From Verrucomicrobiales bacterium (GTDB lineage Bacteria; Verrucomicrobiota; Verrucomicrobiia; Verrucomicrobiales; DEV007), in assembly GCA_965204485.1 (NCBI GenBank), contig CBDBEZ010000134.1, positions 46,826 to 110,825 on the forward strand: 64,000 bases of DNA. Reading direction: 5' to 3'. A program made the translations under genes and the position numbers. Below are positions 19,818 through 28,037 of this stretch, piece after piece. The notes under the pieces are model-generated. The model was not told the DNA's origin and ran no database searches. It was given only the letters and a program-made list of their open reading frames with translations. How positions within the stretch are numbered: position 1 is the first letter of the stretch; the number at the start of each line of letters is the position of its first letter.

Positions 19818-20197
19818 TTCGCGGGTTTCGGCTGGGGAGAGGTCCCTAGGATGAGAGCGGCTTTTTTTAAAATGTCGTTCTCGACCTTGAGTTGTGAGAG
19901 CTCGCGTCGAAGCCGACGCAGTTCGGCCGCTTCGGCCGCTTCGGCCGCTTCGGCCGCTTCGGCCGCTTCGCCTTCGGCCTCCTCGCCTTCGGCCTCCTCG
20001 CCTTCGGCCTCCTCGCCTTCGGCTCGTTGACCTACGCGGCCGAACTGCGTCGGCTTCGGCCCTTCACGTCTCCAGCGATATAGGAGATCGGTGCTGATGC
20101 CGAGATCCGCAGCCACGTCGGATACGGGCTTTCCGATTTCCAGGAGTTGGACTGCTTGCGCCTTGAATTCGTCAGTGTATCTCTTTCTGGTTTTCAT
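19814..20197 (-). CDS. IS3-family orfA (HTH) with a 24-aa in-frame Ala/Glu/Gly repeat expansion
   Basis: 127 aa against 103 aa in copy 2. The extra AEGEEAEGEEAEGEAAEAAEAAEAAE is encoded by the tandem repeats at 19924-20020. Confidence 0.75.
   Translation of the reverse strand: MKTRKRYTDEFKAQAVQLLEIGKPVSDVAADLGISTDLLYRWRREGPKPTQFGRVGQRAEGEEAEGEEAEGEEAEGEAAEAAEAAEAAEAAELRRLRRELSQLKVENDILKKAALILGTSPQPKPAK
19924..20020. repeat. Tandem repeats: 5 x 9 bp (CGGCCGCTT), then 3 x 15 bp (CGCCTTCGGCCTCCT)
   Basis: Direct reading. Copy 2 (35336-35360) has a single unit of each, so this copy carries 72 extra bp, in frame. Confidence 0.9.
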
Positions 20198-20236
20198 GGT
20201 CAGAGCTCGCGAGTGAGAAGTTCTGTAACTGGATCA

Positions 20237-21682
20237 TCATGCGGCGAAGCGTGAACCTTCGGAGCGAGTGAAGTCTATTTTATCAAGGATGAATTTTCGG
20301 AACGCTGAACCTTTTCCGCCGTGGTGCAAAAATCCAGGCAGCGTGTTTTTCAAGGCGGCTGAGACAATCATTTCCGAAGGCAGCACGTCTGGGCGGATGG
20401 TTCGGATCCAGGTTCCAAAGTGTTTCCAGACCAGACCGTCACATGTCATGGCAAGGTACTGTAACATGCCCTGAGCGATCATGCCGGTCTGCACAAACAC
20501 ATGATATGCGTGCATCTTTCTCTGCACCTGTCTGCGATATTTCTCGGTAGTCCGGTGGAGGTATTGGTTACCATTGCGACGCTTGAGCGGTCGCATAGCG
20601 GCCATCCAGAAATGGTATCCGAATGAGCCGACCGAATGCACCGCTTGCTTGAAAGCGACTTCGATCTTGAAACGCAAACTGTAGAGCAAGATGATCTCCT
20701 GAGCTTCCATGGTGAGGTCGGTAGACAAGAGGATGATCCGCCCTCTCGTGGGATGATCGACGAGAATGAAGCGGACCATCGCCCCGGCGGGCTTCCACAA
20801 CAGATCCACCGACTTGAACCGGACAGAGATGTTTCTCTCCCCATATACGGGACTGGGAACGGAACTGAAGCCGCCCGTTCCAAAGACATTCTGGAGCTTC
20901 ACCGCAGCGCCATACTTTTTCGGTCGTCCGCGTTTGCGTTTGCGTGGCACTGCCGCAGGCCGAAAGCCGGTTGTCGTGCGTCGAACCCTCGTGACCAGCA
21001 CACCGGAACGCCCCTTGGTGCTCCGGATCACCTTTCCGTTGGCGTAGTAGGCGTCGGCCAGCAAGACGAACTCCTGACCTCTACAGACGGATGCGAGCAT
21101 CTCGTTGGCCTTGTCGATCAAGGTTCTCCTGTCGCGGTTTGAAGTGACGATACCTTCGTGAATGCGTGCACAGACCGGAACGCAGAAGAAGTATCCGCCA
21201 ACCTGACAGAGCACGCCGAAGGCCTGAAAGGAATGGCTCATGATGAAGTGAGGCTTGGAATTGGACTCGGACTGTTGATGCAGATACTTCACCGCAGGCA
21301 TCTTGCGGCCCTCCTTGGACTTCTTGATGCCGTCGAGAACCAGGACGGGGCGACAACCGATCTTGTAGACAGGGAAGTGCTTGATCACGATGGCGAACCA
21401 AAGTTCTGCAAGCCGGTCCGTCTTCACGGCATTGCTGTGGAAGAAATGGAGTAAGTGCTCATAGAAGTGTTCTGACAAACCGAGAGCGCGGACGAAACTG
21501 GAAACCCCGAGGAGATCATTGCGCACGGAGAAAGCGGCCAAGACGAGCAGAAACCAGAGAAAGGTGCGGGCTCTCGAGAAAGCGGGTCGCAGAAAACAGA
21601 CGATATTCCACCAAGAAATCCAGAGATCCATAACAAATGATTTGATTTTCCTAGACATTCGCATATATAAGCTAATGACCAT
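20237..21682 (-). CDS. IS-H DDE transposase (up to 481 aa; IS701/IS4-like)
   Basis: Candidate DDE residues in VLVLDGIK, VLLADAYY and YSLRFKIEVAFKQ. The start is uncertain (alternatives MRMSRK.., MDLWISWW..). Confidence 0.8.
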   Translation of the reverse strand: MVISLYMRMSRKIKSFVMDLWISWWNIVCFLRPAFSRARTFLWFLLVLAAFSVRNDLLGVSSFVRALGLSEHFYEHLLHFFHSNAVKTDRLAELWFAIVIKHFPVYKIGCRPVLVLDGIKKSKEGRKMPAVKYLHQQSESNSKPHFIMSHSFQAFGVLCQVGGYFFCVPVCARIHEGIVTSNRDRRTLIDKANEMLASVCRGQEFVLLADAYYANGKVIRSTKGRSGVLVTRVRRTTTGFRPAAVPRKRKRGRPKKYGAAVKLQNVFGTGGFSSVPSPVYGERNISVRFKSVDLLWKPAGAMVRFILVDHPTRGRIILLSTDLTMEAQEIILLYSLRFKIEVAFKQAVHSVGSFGYHFWMAAMRPLKRRNGNQYLHRTTEKYRRQVQRKMHAYHVFVQTGMIAQGMLQYLAMTCDGLVWKHFGTWIRTIRPDVLPSEMIVSAALKNTLPGFLHHGGKGSAFRKFILDKIDFTRSEGSRFAA

Positions 21683-21748
21683 GAAAAAGATCAGATCACT
21701 GAAAAAAGAGTCCAGAAACTTGCGGCAAAGTTAGCTGCAATCGGGCCA

Positions 21749-22018
21749 ATGCGGCCTGGGAGCATCAGCAAGCAATACCGAGATCGACAACGCCAGCGCG
21801 GCGTGTATTACCAACTGAGCTACACGCATAAGATGAGGAGCCGGACTGAACACGTCTGGCCAGACCACGTGAAGGGACTACGAAAAGAAACAGAGGAGTA
21901 CAAGAAATTCAAGAAACTGACCACCGAACTGATCGATCTGAGCATTGAACTATCCAAGGCGAAGATCGCTCTATTACGCAGTCAGACAGACACGCCAGGC
22001 AAAGAGAAACCGGTCTGA
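21749..22018 (+). CDS. IS-H small divergent ORF (89 aa), DUF6788-like C-terminal half lacking the Cys knuckle
   Basis: MRPGSISKQYRDRQRQRGVYYQLSYTHKMRSRTEHVWPDHV..EEYKKFKKLTTELIDLSIEL. Conserved in all three IS-H copies. An upstream ORF MTMKKIRSLKKESRNLRQS* (21677-) is in another frame. Confidence 0.5.
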   Translation: MRPGSISKQYRDRQRQRGVYYQLSYTHKMRSRTEHVWPDHVKGLRKETEEYKKFKKLTTELIDLSIELSKAKIALLRSQTDTPGKEKPV

Positions 22019-22088
22019 GAACTTCCCACTCACGAGGTCAGAGTATGGGAGTTGCTTAACGGGTGGTCCAGAAATCTACCACACCTCA

Positions 22089-22704
22089 CATCGAAAAAAA
22101 CCATTTTACAAACTCTCAAATCAATCTAAGCTTAACCCAGCCGTCTTCCAAAGTTTAACAACCCCAGGGCAATCCCTGTCCTTCGAGCTTCTTTTCAAAT
22201 AGCTTGTCGTTCGAAAGCTTAAACGACCTCACCTGGTGTTGGCTTGATTCCGTTGCGTGCCCAGATCCGTCCTACCGTGGACTCACTGACGCCAACTTCA
22301 GCGGCCATCAGCGATCGACTCCAGTGAGTACATCCTTTGGGCGTCTCCTCCAACGTCATCCGAATGATCTCACTTTCCTTGCTCTTCGGCAAAGCTTTGA
22401 TACGTCCAGGCCGGGTCCTGTCCTTCTCGATTCCCGCCAGCCCCATCTCTGCGAACCTCTTTCGCCAGCGGCCCACCTGTGGTTCGTCCAATCCAAGTTC
22501 TTCCGCGATCCGCTTATTGGTCATCCCCTCGCTGGCGAGAAGCACGATCTTGGAACGAACTCTCAATTTCGGAGAAACGTTGGACGCCTTGCTGAAACGC
22601 AGGAGCTTGTTTCGCAGGCTTGCTTCAAGGTTGATCGGCACAGCAGTTCTCATTTCCATTAAACTAACACTCTCCGACTTGAGTGCAAGCTTAAAATGGA
22701 TCAT
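22089..22704 (-). pseudogene. IS630-family transposase N-terminal (HTH) fragment, truncated by the IS3 insertion
   Basis: ..KIVLLASEGMTNKRIAEELGLDEPQVGRWRKRFAEMGLAGIEKDRTRPGR..CTHWSRSLMAAEVGVSESTVGRIWARNGIKP is typical of the IS630 DNA-binding domain. The frame decays after 22219 and the sequence stops at the IS3 end (22088). Confidence 0.7.
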
Positions 22705-22721
22705 CTGTAGGGCGGACTACA

Positions 22722-24221
22722 CTAGCGCATCTTGGGGGCGCGATCACGCAGCTTTTCCAATCGGCGATCGGGCGAGATGCGCCATTGGCGCCGCAGCCAA
22801 TCCGGACGGTCCTCCGCGTGGTGGCAGGTGATGACAAACGTCGTCTCTTCGCGGGCGGCGATCCTTTCGAGGCGATCGAAGAGCGGGGGCCTGACGGAGT
22901 GGTCCAGGCCGTCGAAGGGTTCATCGAGCAGAGCCAGTCGAGGGCGAGCCACCAGCGCCCGGGCGAGAAGGACGCGTCGTGCCTGGCCGTAAGAGAGGCT
23001 GGCGAAGGGGCGCTCCAGGAAGTCGTCGACCCCGAAGGCGGCAGCGGCTTCACGCATTTGCTGACGATGCGCCTCGGTGACCGGATCGAAGAGATCGATC
23101 GTCGAGAAGATCCCCGAGAGAATCACCTCCTGGGTGCCCTGGTTGGGCCGGAACCAGGCGTGCATGTCGGGCTGAAAATAGCCCATCCGGCGCCGGAGAG
23201 CGGGCACGGTGAGGCTGGGATCCCCGAAATACGTGGTTTTTCCCCCGACGGCGAGATGGAGTTCACTCCATAGCAGCCGCAGAAAGGCCGACTTGCCACA
23301 GCCATTGGGACCGAGAATCGCGCCGTGCTCGCCGCGTTTCAGGCGCCAGTCGAGGTCCTTGAGGAGGAGTTGCCCTTCCAGGTAGAGATCGCCGCGCGCG
23401 TGGACGAGCATCGTCTTCCCGCCCGGGTTAATGTCCTGGAGGTTTTGGTCCGCGCGGCGCGTTTCTGAAGGATTGGCCGGAGGCCCGGCGAGGTGATCGG
23501 CCGGCATCGTCGAAGCCGAGATTTCCGATGTCGGGCCTGGGGGCAGGTCGAGTGTTTGCCAGCCGGAGATCCCTGGAAGTGGACGATGACTGGTGAGGAC
23601 GACCGAAGCTCCCTCGGAGGCCAGCCGTTCCAGCAGGGTCCAGAGTGCGGCCTGCCCTTTTTCATCGAGACCCTCGGCAAATTCGTCGAGCAGCAGAACG
23701 TCGGGCGGGGTGGCGAGGGCTCGCGCAATCAGCACGCGACGCCGTTCGCCCTGCGAAAGTTCTAGAAACGGGCGGTCCCAGAGGTGGCGAATCTCCCGGC
23801 GGGCCATCAAGGCGTTCAAGTGGTCGAATTCCTCGGGCCTGGGCCTTTCATGCAAGAGGTCGGTGCCCAGGAAACCGGTGGCCACGACTTCGGCGGCGGT
23901 GAGATCCCAGTCTTGGTGCAGGTAACGGTTCTGGCGGTCTGGACTGAGGAGGGCGACGCGGCCTCGCGCGGCCATGGGGCTCCAGGTCTTTTCGCCGTCG
24001 AAGTGGTAGCGGCGTTTCCCGTGATGACCCGGCGCCGGCCAGAGGTTCCCTTCCAGGACCCGGAGAAAACTCGATTTCCCGGAGCCATTGGCACCCCGCA
24101 CCCACCAGCGCTCGCCGGCGTGCAAGCGCCAGGGCCCGACCCGGCAAATACATCGGCCGCCGAGCGCGATCTCCAGGGGCTCGAGAGAGATTTGGGCTTC
24201 GCCTATTGAATCGGGGGGCAT
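22722..24221 (-). CDS. modF: ModF-like ABC protein with two fused ATPase domains, no adjacent permease
   Basis: Two Walker A sites (GANGSGKSSF, GPNGCGKSAF), two signature/Walker B regions (LSQGERRRV..LLLDEF; LSYGQARRV..ALLDEPFDGLD) and a C-terminal ..CHHAEDRP as in E. coli ModF. Confidence 0.75.
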   Translation of the reverse strand: MPPDSIGEAQISLEPLEIALGGRCICRVGPWRLHAGERWWVRGANGSGKSSFLRVLEGNLWPAPGHHGKRRYHFDGEKTWSPMAARGRVALLSPDRQNRYLHQDWDLTAAEVVATGFLGTDLLHERPRPEEFDHLNALMARREIRHLWDRPFLELSQGERRRVLIARALATPPDVLLLDEFAEGLDEKGQAALWTLLERLASEGASVVLTSHRPLPGISGWQTLDLPPGPTSEISASTMPADHLAGPPANPSETRRADQNLQDINPGGKTMLVHARGDLYLEGQLLLKDLDWRLKRGEHGAILGPNGCGKSAFLRLLWSELHLAVGGKTTYFGDPSLTVPALRRRMGYFQPDMHAWFRPNQGTQEVILSGIFSTIDLFDPVTEAHRQQMREAAAAFGVDDFLERPFASLSYGQARRVLLARALVARPRLALLDEPFDGLDHSVRPPLFDRLERIAAREETTFVITCHHAEDRPDWLRRQWRISPDRRLEKLRDRAPKMR

Positions 24222-24439
24222 GGATGGGTTCCCTTCGGCGAGGGAAGCCGTTTCGTCGAACCTTTCGAGGCGAACGGGGCCGGAGCCAGCAGGCTAACAT
24301 TAATCGAAATCCGAGGCGAGCCTCGTTCAGGGGCGCTTCGTGGCAAGACGGTTTCGGGGTTCTGTGTTTGACGCCCGCTCCAGCAAACCCTATGGGGAGG
24401 TCCTGGCACGAACCGCTCATTCCCACTCACTCACGCATC

Positions 24440-24802
24440 ATGTTTCAGCTCGAAGGGTCGATTAAACTCATCTCGGAAATGCAGACCTTCAAGAGCGGCT
24501 TCACCAAGCGTGAGTTTGTGGTCACCACCGATGATCAATATCCTCAGGACATCAAATTTGAGTGTGTGAAGGACCACTGCGGTTTGTTGGATTCCGTGAG
24601 TGTCGGGCAGCGGGTTCAGGTCAGTTTCCGGATTCGCGGGAACGAGTATCAGGACCGTTATTTCGTCAATCTCCATGCCTTCAAGATCGAAGGGGGAGCC
24701 AAGGCTGACTCGCCGGCGGCTGCCGATGAAGAGCCCGCATCTGGCGCGACCGGAGACGGCGTGAGCGACGATCCCTACGCTGACGAGAGCAGCCCGTTCT
24801 AG
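24440..24802 (+). CDS. DUF3127 (OB-fold, SSB-like) domain protein with acidic tail
   Basis: MFQLEGSIKLISEMQTFKSGFTKREFVVTTDDQYPQDIKFECVKDHCGLLD..GQRVQVSFRIRGNEY..YFVNLHAFKIE fits the DUF3127 pattern. The upstream part of ORF 24206-24802 is non-coding-like. Confidence 0.7.
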   Translation: MFQLEGSIKLISEMQTFKSGFTKREFVVTTDDQYPQDIKFECVKDHCGLLDSVSVGQRVQVSFRIRGNEYQDRYFVNLHAFKIEGGAKADSPAAADEEPASGATGDGVSDDPYADESSPF

Positions 24803-24811
24803 GCACCCACG

Positions 24812-24898
24812 CCGGGAGGGTCGCGTTGCGCGTGACTGGGGTCCATCCGATCTGGCCACAACGGTCACACCGCCCGGGGATGGCATCTCCGGCTACAG
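24812..24898. repeat. Intergenic 87-bp direct repeat, copy A
   Basis: 77/87 identical, without indels, to 25056-25142. Contains a GC-rich palindrome CCGGGGATGGCATCTCCGG. Confidence 0.85.
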
Positions 24899-25055
24899 CA
24901 GCACTGGCGTCGCGGCCCATCGTGGCGCGGAATTCCTTTCCGCGGCCCACATCGCCGCCAGGATGGTCGCACCCGACCGCCTATTCCCCAAATGGCCATT
25001 TCGGCGGCACCACGGACGCCGAGGACGCCGTCCCTCGTGTGCCTCACGGATTCGC

Positions 25056-25142
25056 CCGGGAGGGTCGCGCTGTGCGTGACTGGGGTCCTACCGATCTGGC
25101 CATTTCGGTCGCACCGCCCGGGGATGGCATCCCCGGCGACAG
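25056..25142. repeat. Intergenic 87-bp direct repeat, copy B
   Basis: See copy A. The palindrome is perfect here (CCGGGGATG-G-CATCCCCGG). A partial third match (GGCCATTTCGGCGGCACCAC) lies at about 24993. Confidence 0.85.
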
Positions 25143-25167
25143 GGACTTCCTGGCGAAATGGCCTGGC

Positions 25168-26157
25168 TCACATGTCGATTCCGGAAAACCAGCTGAAGCT
25201 CTCGATGCCGTCGATGTAGACCTGTTCTCCGTGAGCATTTTCGGGGAAACGAAGCGTGGCGGTGACCGACAGATTCGGGTGATTGGTCATGGCCTTCACC
25301 GCCCGATAGGACTTGTAGTCATCGCTCGTGTTGCGCAGGTAGCCATAGACCGAGCGATCGGATTTCGGATGGTAGATTCTGAAGCAATGATAGTTTTCGG
25401 ATTGGTCCGGGGGGAAATCGTGGTTGAAGTAGGGATCGTCTTCCTGTGATCGGAGCAGCACGCGAAACGTGCCCCCTTCCTGGTCCTTCTTCTCGATGAA
25501 AGTTTCCCAGTCCTTGTCCGAGTAACAGACGGTCGCTTCCCAGATGAGCCGGACCTCGTCGTCCTCCATCACCTCGAAGAACCAGGTCTCCTGTCGACCG
25601 TCCGCGAAGATGACGTTCCGGATGAGAAAGCGCCGGTCGTCCTTGAGAACGGGGCGATCGATTTCGCGGAGCACCACGGGCGCGAACCCGCCGAATTGAT
25701 TCACGTCCCCGATCCCCACGGAACCGCTGGTGAGCGAAATGCCGACCCGTTCGACCCGCAGAATTTCTCCGGTTTCGAGAGGGTTCTCGGCGTAGTAGCG
25801 CTGCATCAAGGGCAGGACGCGCCGTGGATCGGTGACGTATTTGACCTTTTCGGGGAGTGCCTGCGAGGCCACGAAGCTTTCGGCCGTCACCCCGGCTCGC
25901 CGCTCCATTTCTTCCATCGAGATGGGTTCCTTGAGCGGCGTGTTGTCACCCTCGGGCTGGCTCTCCAGACCTCGCTGCACGAGCACCACGAGGATGACGA
26001 CGATGACCACACCGAAGACGAAAAGGAATCCGACGGCGAGCTTTTGCCAAGCCTGCCGGATTTCATCGTGGGTCTGCGTAGAGACGGATTTCGTGACCCT
26101 TTTCCTTACTTCCCGTTGGTCCATGGTGGTGGTCTCGAGACTTACCGGGCACAGCAT
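25168..26157 (-). CDS. Hypothetical membrane-anchored protein (single TM; start possibly the Met at 26124)
   Basis: 329-aa ORF with strong GC3 bias and a TM segment LAVGFLFVFGVVIVVILVVLV. I recognise no family. Confidence 0.6.
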   Translation of the reverse strand: MLCPVSLETTTMDQREVRKRVTKSVSTQTHDEIRQAWQKLAVGFLFVFGVVIVVILVVLVQRGLESQPEGDNTPLKEPISMEEMERRAGVTAESFVASQALPEKVKYVTDPRRVLPLMQRYYAENPLETGEILRVERVGISLTSGSVGIGDVNQFGGFAPVVLREIDRPVLKDDRRFLIRNVIFADGRQETWFFEVMEDDEVRLIWEATVCYSDKDWETFIEKKDQEGGTFRVLLRSQEDDPYFNHDFPPDQSENYHCFRIYHPKSDRSVYGYLRNTSDDYKSYRAVKAMTNHPNLSVTATLRFPENAHGEQVYIDGIESFSWFSGIDM

Positions 26158-26285
26158 GCTTTGGCAAGAGGAGAGCGTGGATCCCGGAGAGAGGCCGTTT
26201 CCGGCTGGCTTGGGTCGATGCTTTTCTCCCGCGGGGTTGAATCTCGAGACAGGGTCGCTTTAATGGTCGAAGCTGCCTAGTTCCG

Positions 26286-26597
26286 ATGTCTGCCTTGCTT
26301 GCCAACCGAGTCCGTGGAGAGACGGTTCCCGTCAACGGGGGCCAACTGCGGCTGTTGGAGGTCATCGTGGACTCGGATCGGACGCCGTATTGGCGGGCTC
26401 GCTGCCTGCAGACGGGCAAGCTAGCGACGGTGGCCCTCGATGGCTTCGTCCAGGCTCCGGTCAGTCGTCCGGCCGATGCGGGCAAACCGCATTCCACGGA
26501 CCGGCGAGAAAGCCGGCGACGTTTTCGTCTCTGGGCGATGTTGGCCGGCGGGCTTGGCTGGCTTGCTGTATTTCATCCAGGATGGTTTGCGGGCTGA
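26286..26597 (+). CDS. Hypothetical small protein (103 aa) with a C-terminal hydrophobic segment
   Basis: ORF with coding-like GC3 bias and no recognisable motif. Confidence 0.3.
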   Translation: MSALLANRVRGETVPVNGGQLRLLEVIVDSDRTPYWRARCLQTGKLATVALDGFVQAPVSRPADAGKPHSTDRRESRRRFRLWAMLAGGLGWLAVFHPGWFAG

Positions 26598-26768
26598 CGA
26601 GCCGGTAACGATCGAATTCCCCGTTTCTCCATCGGTGCCGGAATCCTTAGATTCACCACCCTGATCCCTCCTCCGCGGGAGAAACCGTCGCCGGGTAACT
26701 TGAACCTGGCGCGCGTAGCCTCTCGCTCACACAACCCCTTGGTCGGCTTGTCCGACCACGTCTTTCTC

Positions 26769-27965
26769 ATGTCTCTCTCGTTCTTTTTGTTGGCCACCTC
26801 GGTGAGTTTCCTCTTTTTCATTGCGGGGTGTTTTCAGCCGTCGTTGCCGACGGGTTCCTCGGAGACCTCGGAGACCTCGGAGCCTTCGACCGCGGCCTTG
26901 GTGGGCGGGTCGGCGCGTCCGCTCTCCATGGAGGGGAGGCGTTCTCTGGATGCCGCATTGCGGGCGCGCCTGGAGAAAACCAACGTGCCGGCAATGGCCG
27001 CGGTGATTGTGGTTGGCGATCGAGTCACGGCGGCGGGAGCGGTCGGTGTGCGCAAGAAAGGCGATTCGACACCGGTGCGCCTGAGCGACAAGTTTCATCT
27101 GGGGTCCTGTGCCAAGTCGATGACCGCCACCCTGGCGGCCATCCTGGTGGAGGAAGGACGCCTGCGCTGGGACTCGACGGTGGAGGATGTGTTTCCCGAG
27201 ATGGAGATTCACCCGGGATTTCGCCGGGCCACGCTCACTCATTTGCTCTCTCACAGTGCCGGTTGTCCGGCCACGAACTTTTCCACGCCGCTCTGGCGCC
27301 AGCTCTGGGCTTCCAAGGAAAACGGGACCGCTCAGCGACGGGTCTTGGCGCGGGCCACCTTGCGAGAGAGACCCGATTTCAGACCGGGAAGCAGTTTCCG
27401 TTACTCCAACGCGGGCTTTGCCATTGCCGGGGCCATGCTGGAGAAGGCGACTGGTCAGTCCTGGCGAGAACTGATGAGACGCCGGATCTTCCAACCGCTG
27501 GGAATGCGCTCGGCCGGTTTTCGGGCGCCCGCTTCGGTGGGGAAGGTGGATCAGCCCTGGGGTCACCAGACCAATTCGACGCCGGTCAAGCCGGGTCCGT
27601 ATGCCGACAATCCCGATGCCCTTGGGCCGGCGGGAACGATTCACTGTTCCGTGCTCGATTGGGCGAAGTATGTGCACTATCACTTGAGCGGTCGGCCCGG
27701 ACCGCTGCTGAAAACTGCGGCTTCCCTCGCCAAGTTGCATCGACTACACAATGCCAGCGGCCGATACGCCCTGGGATGGATGGTAGGAAATGATTCGCGC
27801 CGGGGCCTGGTGTTGCATCACCACGGAACCAACCGTTGGTGGTATGCCAAGGTGTGGCTGGCCCCCGAGCGCCGCTCGGCGGTGATGGTGTTGGCGAACG
27901 CCGGGACACCGGAAGCCGAAAAGCTCGTCAGCCAGACTCTCGGCTACTTGACGATCGATCTTTGA
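26769..27965 (+). CDS. Serine hydrolase / class-C beta-lactamase-family lipoprotein
   Basis: Lipobox FFIAGC near the N-terminus (Met at 26769). SxxK (SCAKS) and YxN (YSNAGF) motifs. The longer ORF from 26700 is less likely. Confidence 0.8.
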   Translation: MSLSFFLLATSVSFLFFIAGCFQPSLPTGSSETSETSEPSTAALVGGSARPLSMEGRRSLDAALRARLEKTNVPAMAAVIVVGDRVTAAGAVGVRKKGDSTPVRLSDKFHLGSCAKSMTATLAAILVEEGRLRWDSTVEDVFPEMEIHPGFRRATLTHLLSHSAGCPATNFSTPLWRQLWASKENGTAQRRVLARATLRERPDFRPGSSFRYSNAGFAIAGAMLEKATGQSWRELMRRRIFQPLGMRSAGFRAPASVGKVDQPWGHQTNSTPVKPGPYADNPDALGPAGTIHCSVLDWAKYVHYHLSGRPGPLLKTAASLAKLHRLHNASGRYALGWMVGNDSRRGLVLHHHGTNRWWYAKVWLAPERRSAVMVLANAGTPEAEKLVSQTLGYLTIDL

Positions 27966-28037
27966 GCGCGGCGGCGTGTCGGGGCGGCCGAATCACCAAG
28001 GCGTCGAGATAATCGCGCACCTCCGTCCCGGGCACGA

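Larger units (their letters stand above)
20206..22036 (-). mobile_element. IS-H copy 1 (1831 bp), complete, 7-bp TSD, nested in IS3 copy 1
   Basis: TIRs CTCGCGAGTGAGAAGTTCT / AGAACTTCCCACTCACGAG. GTCAGAG is duplicated at 20199-20205 and 22037-22043. The uninterrupted target is seen in IS3 copy 2 (35551-35557). Confidence 0.92.
18934..22088 (-). mobile_element. IS3-family element (IS-G) copy 1, carrying nested IS-H1
   Basis: Ends TGAGATGCAAGGGATTTATGGACCA ... TGGTCCAGAAATCTACCACACCTCA (TG..CA). Collinear with the 1247-bp copy at 34346-35592 except for the IS-H insertion, a repeat expansion and a 2-nt deletion in orfB. Confidence 0.9.

Noticed and set aside
19924-20020. Possible CRISPR-like or regulatory repeat array
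   Set aside because: The units are contiguous with no spacers, lie inside IS3 orfA, and stay in frame. This is a coding minisatellite, not a CRISPR array.
18931-22091. 3-bp duplication CAT flanking IS3 copy 1 (18931-18933 and 22089-22091)
   Set aside because: The length fits IS3, but 3 bp matches by chance about 1 time in 64. The two flanks also belong to different element remnants (IS-F and IS630-like), so I do not claim it as a TSD.
24222-24439. Possible riboswitch or leader RNA in the 218-nt divergent region between the modF-like and DUF3127 genes (hairpin TTCCCT-TCGGCG-AGGGAA)
   Set aside because: I recognise no known riboswitch consensus. A single short hairpin in GC-rich DNA is not evidence.
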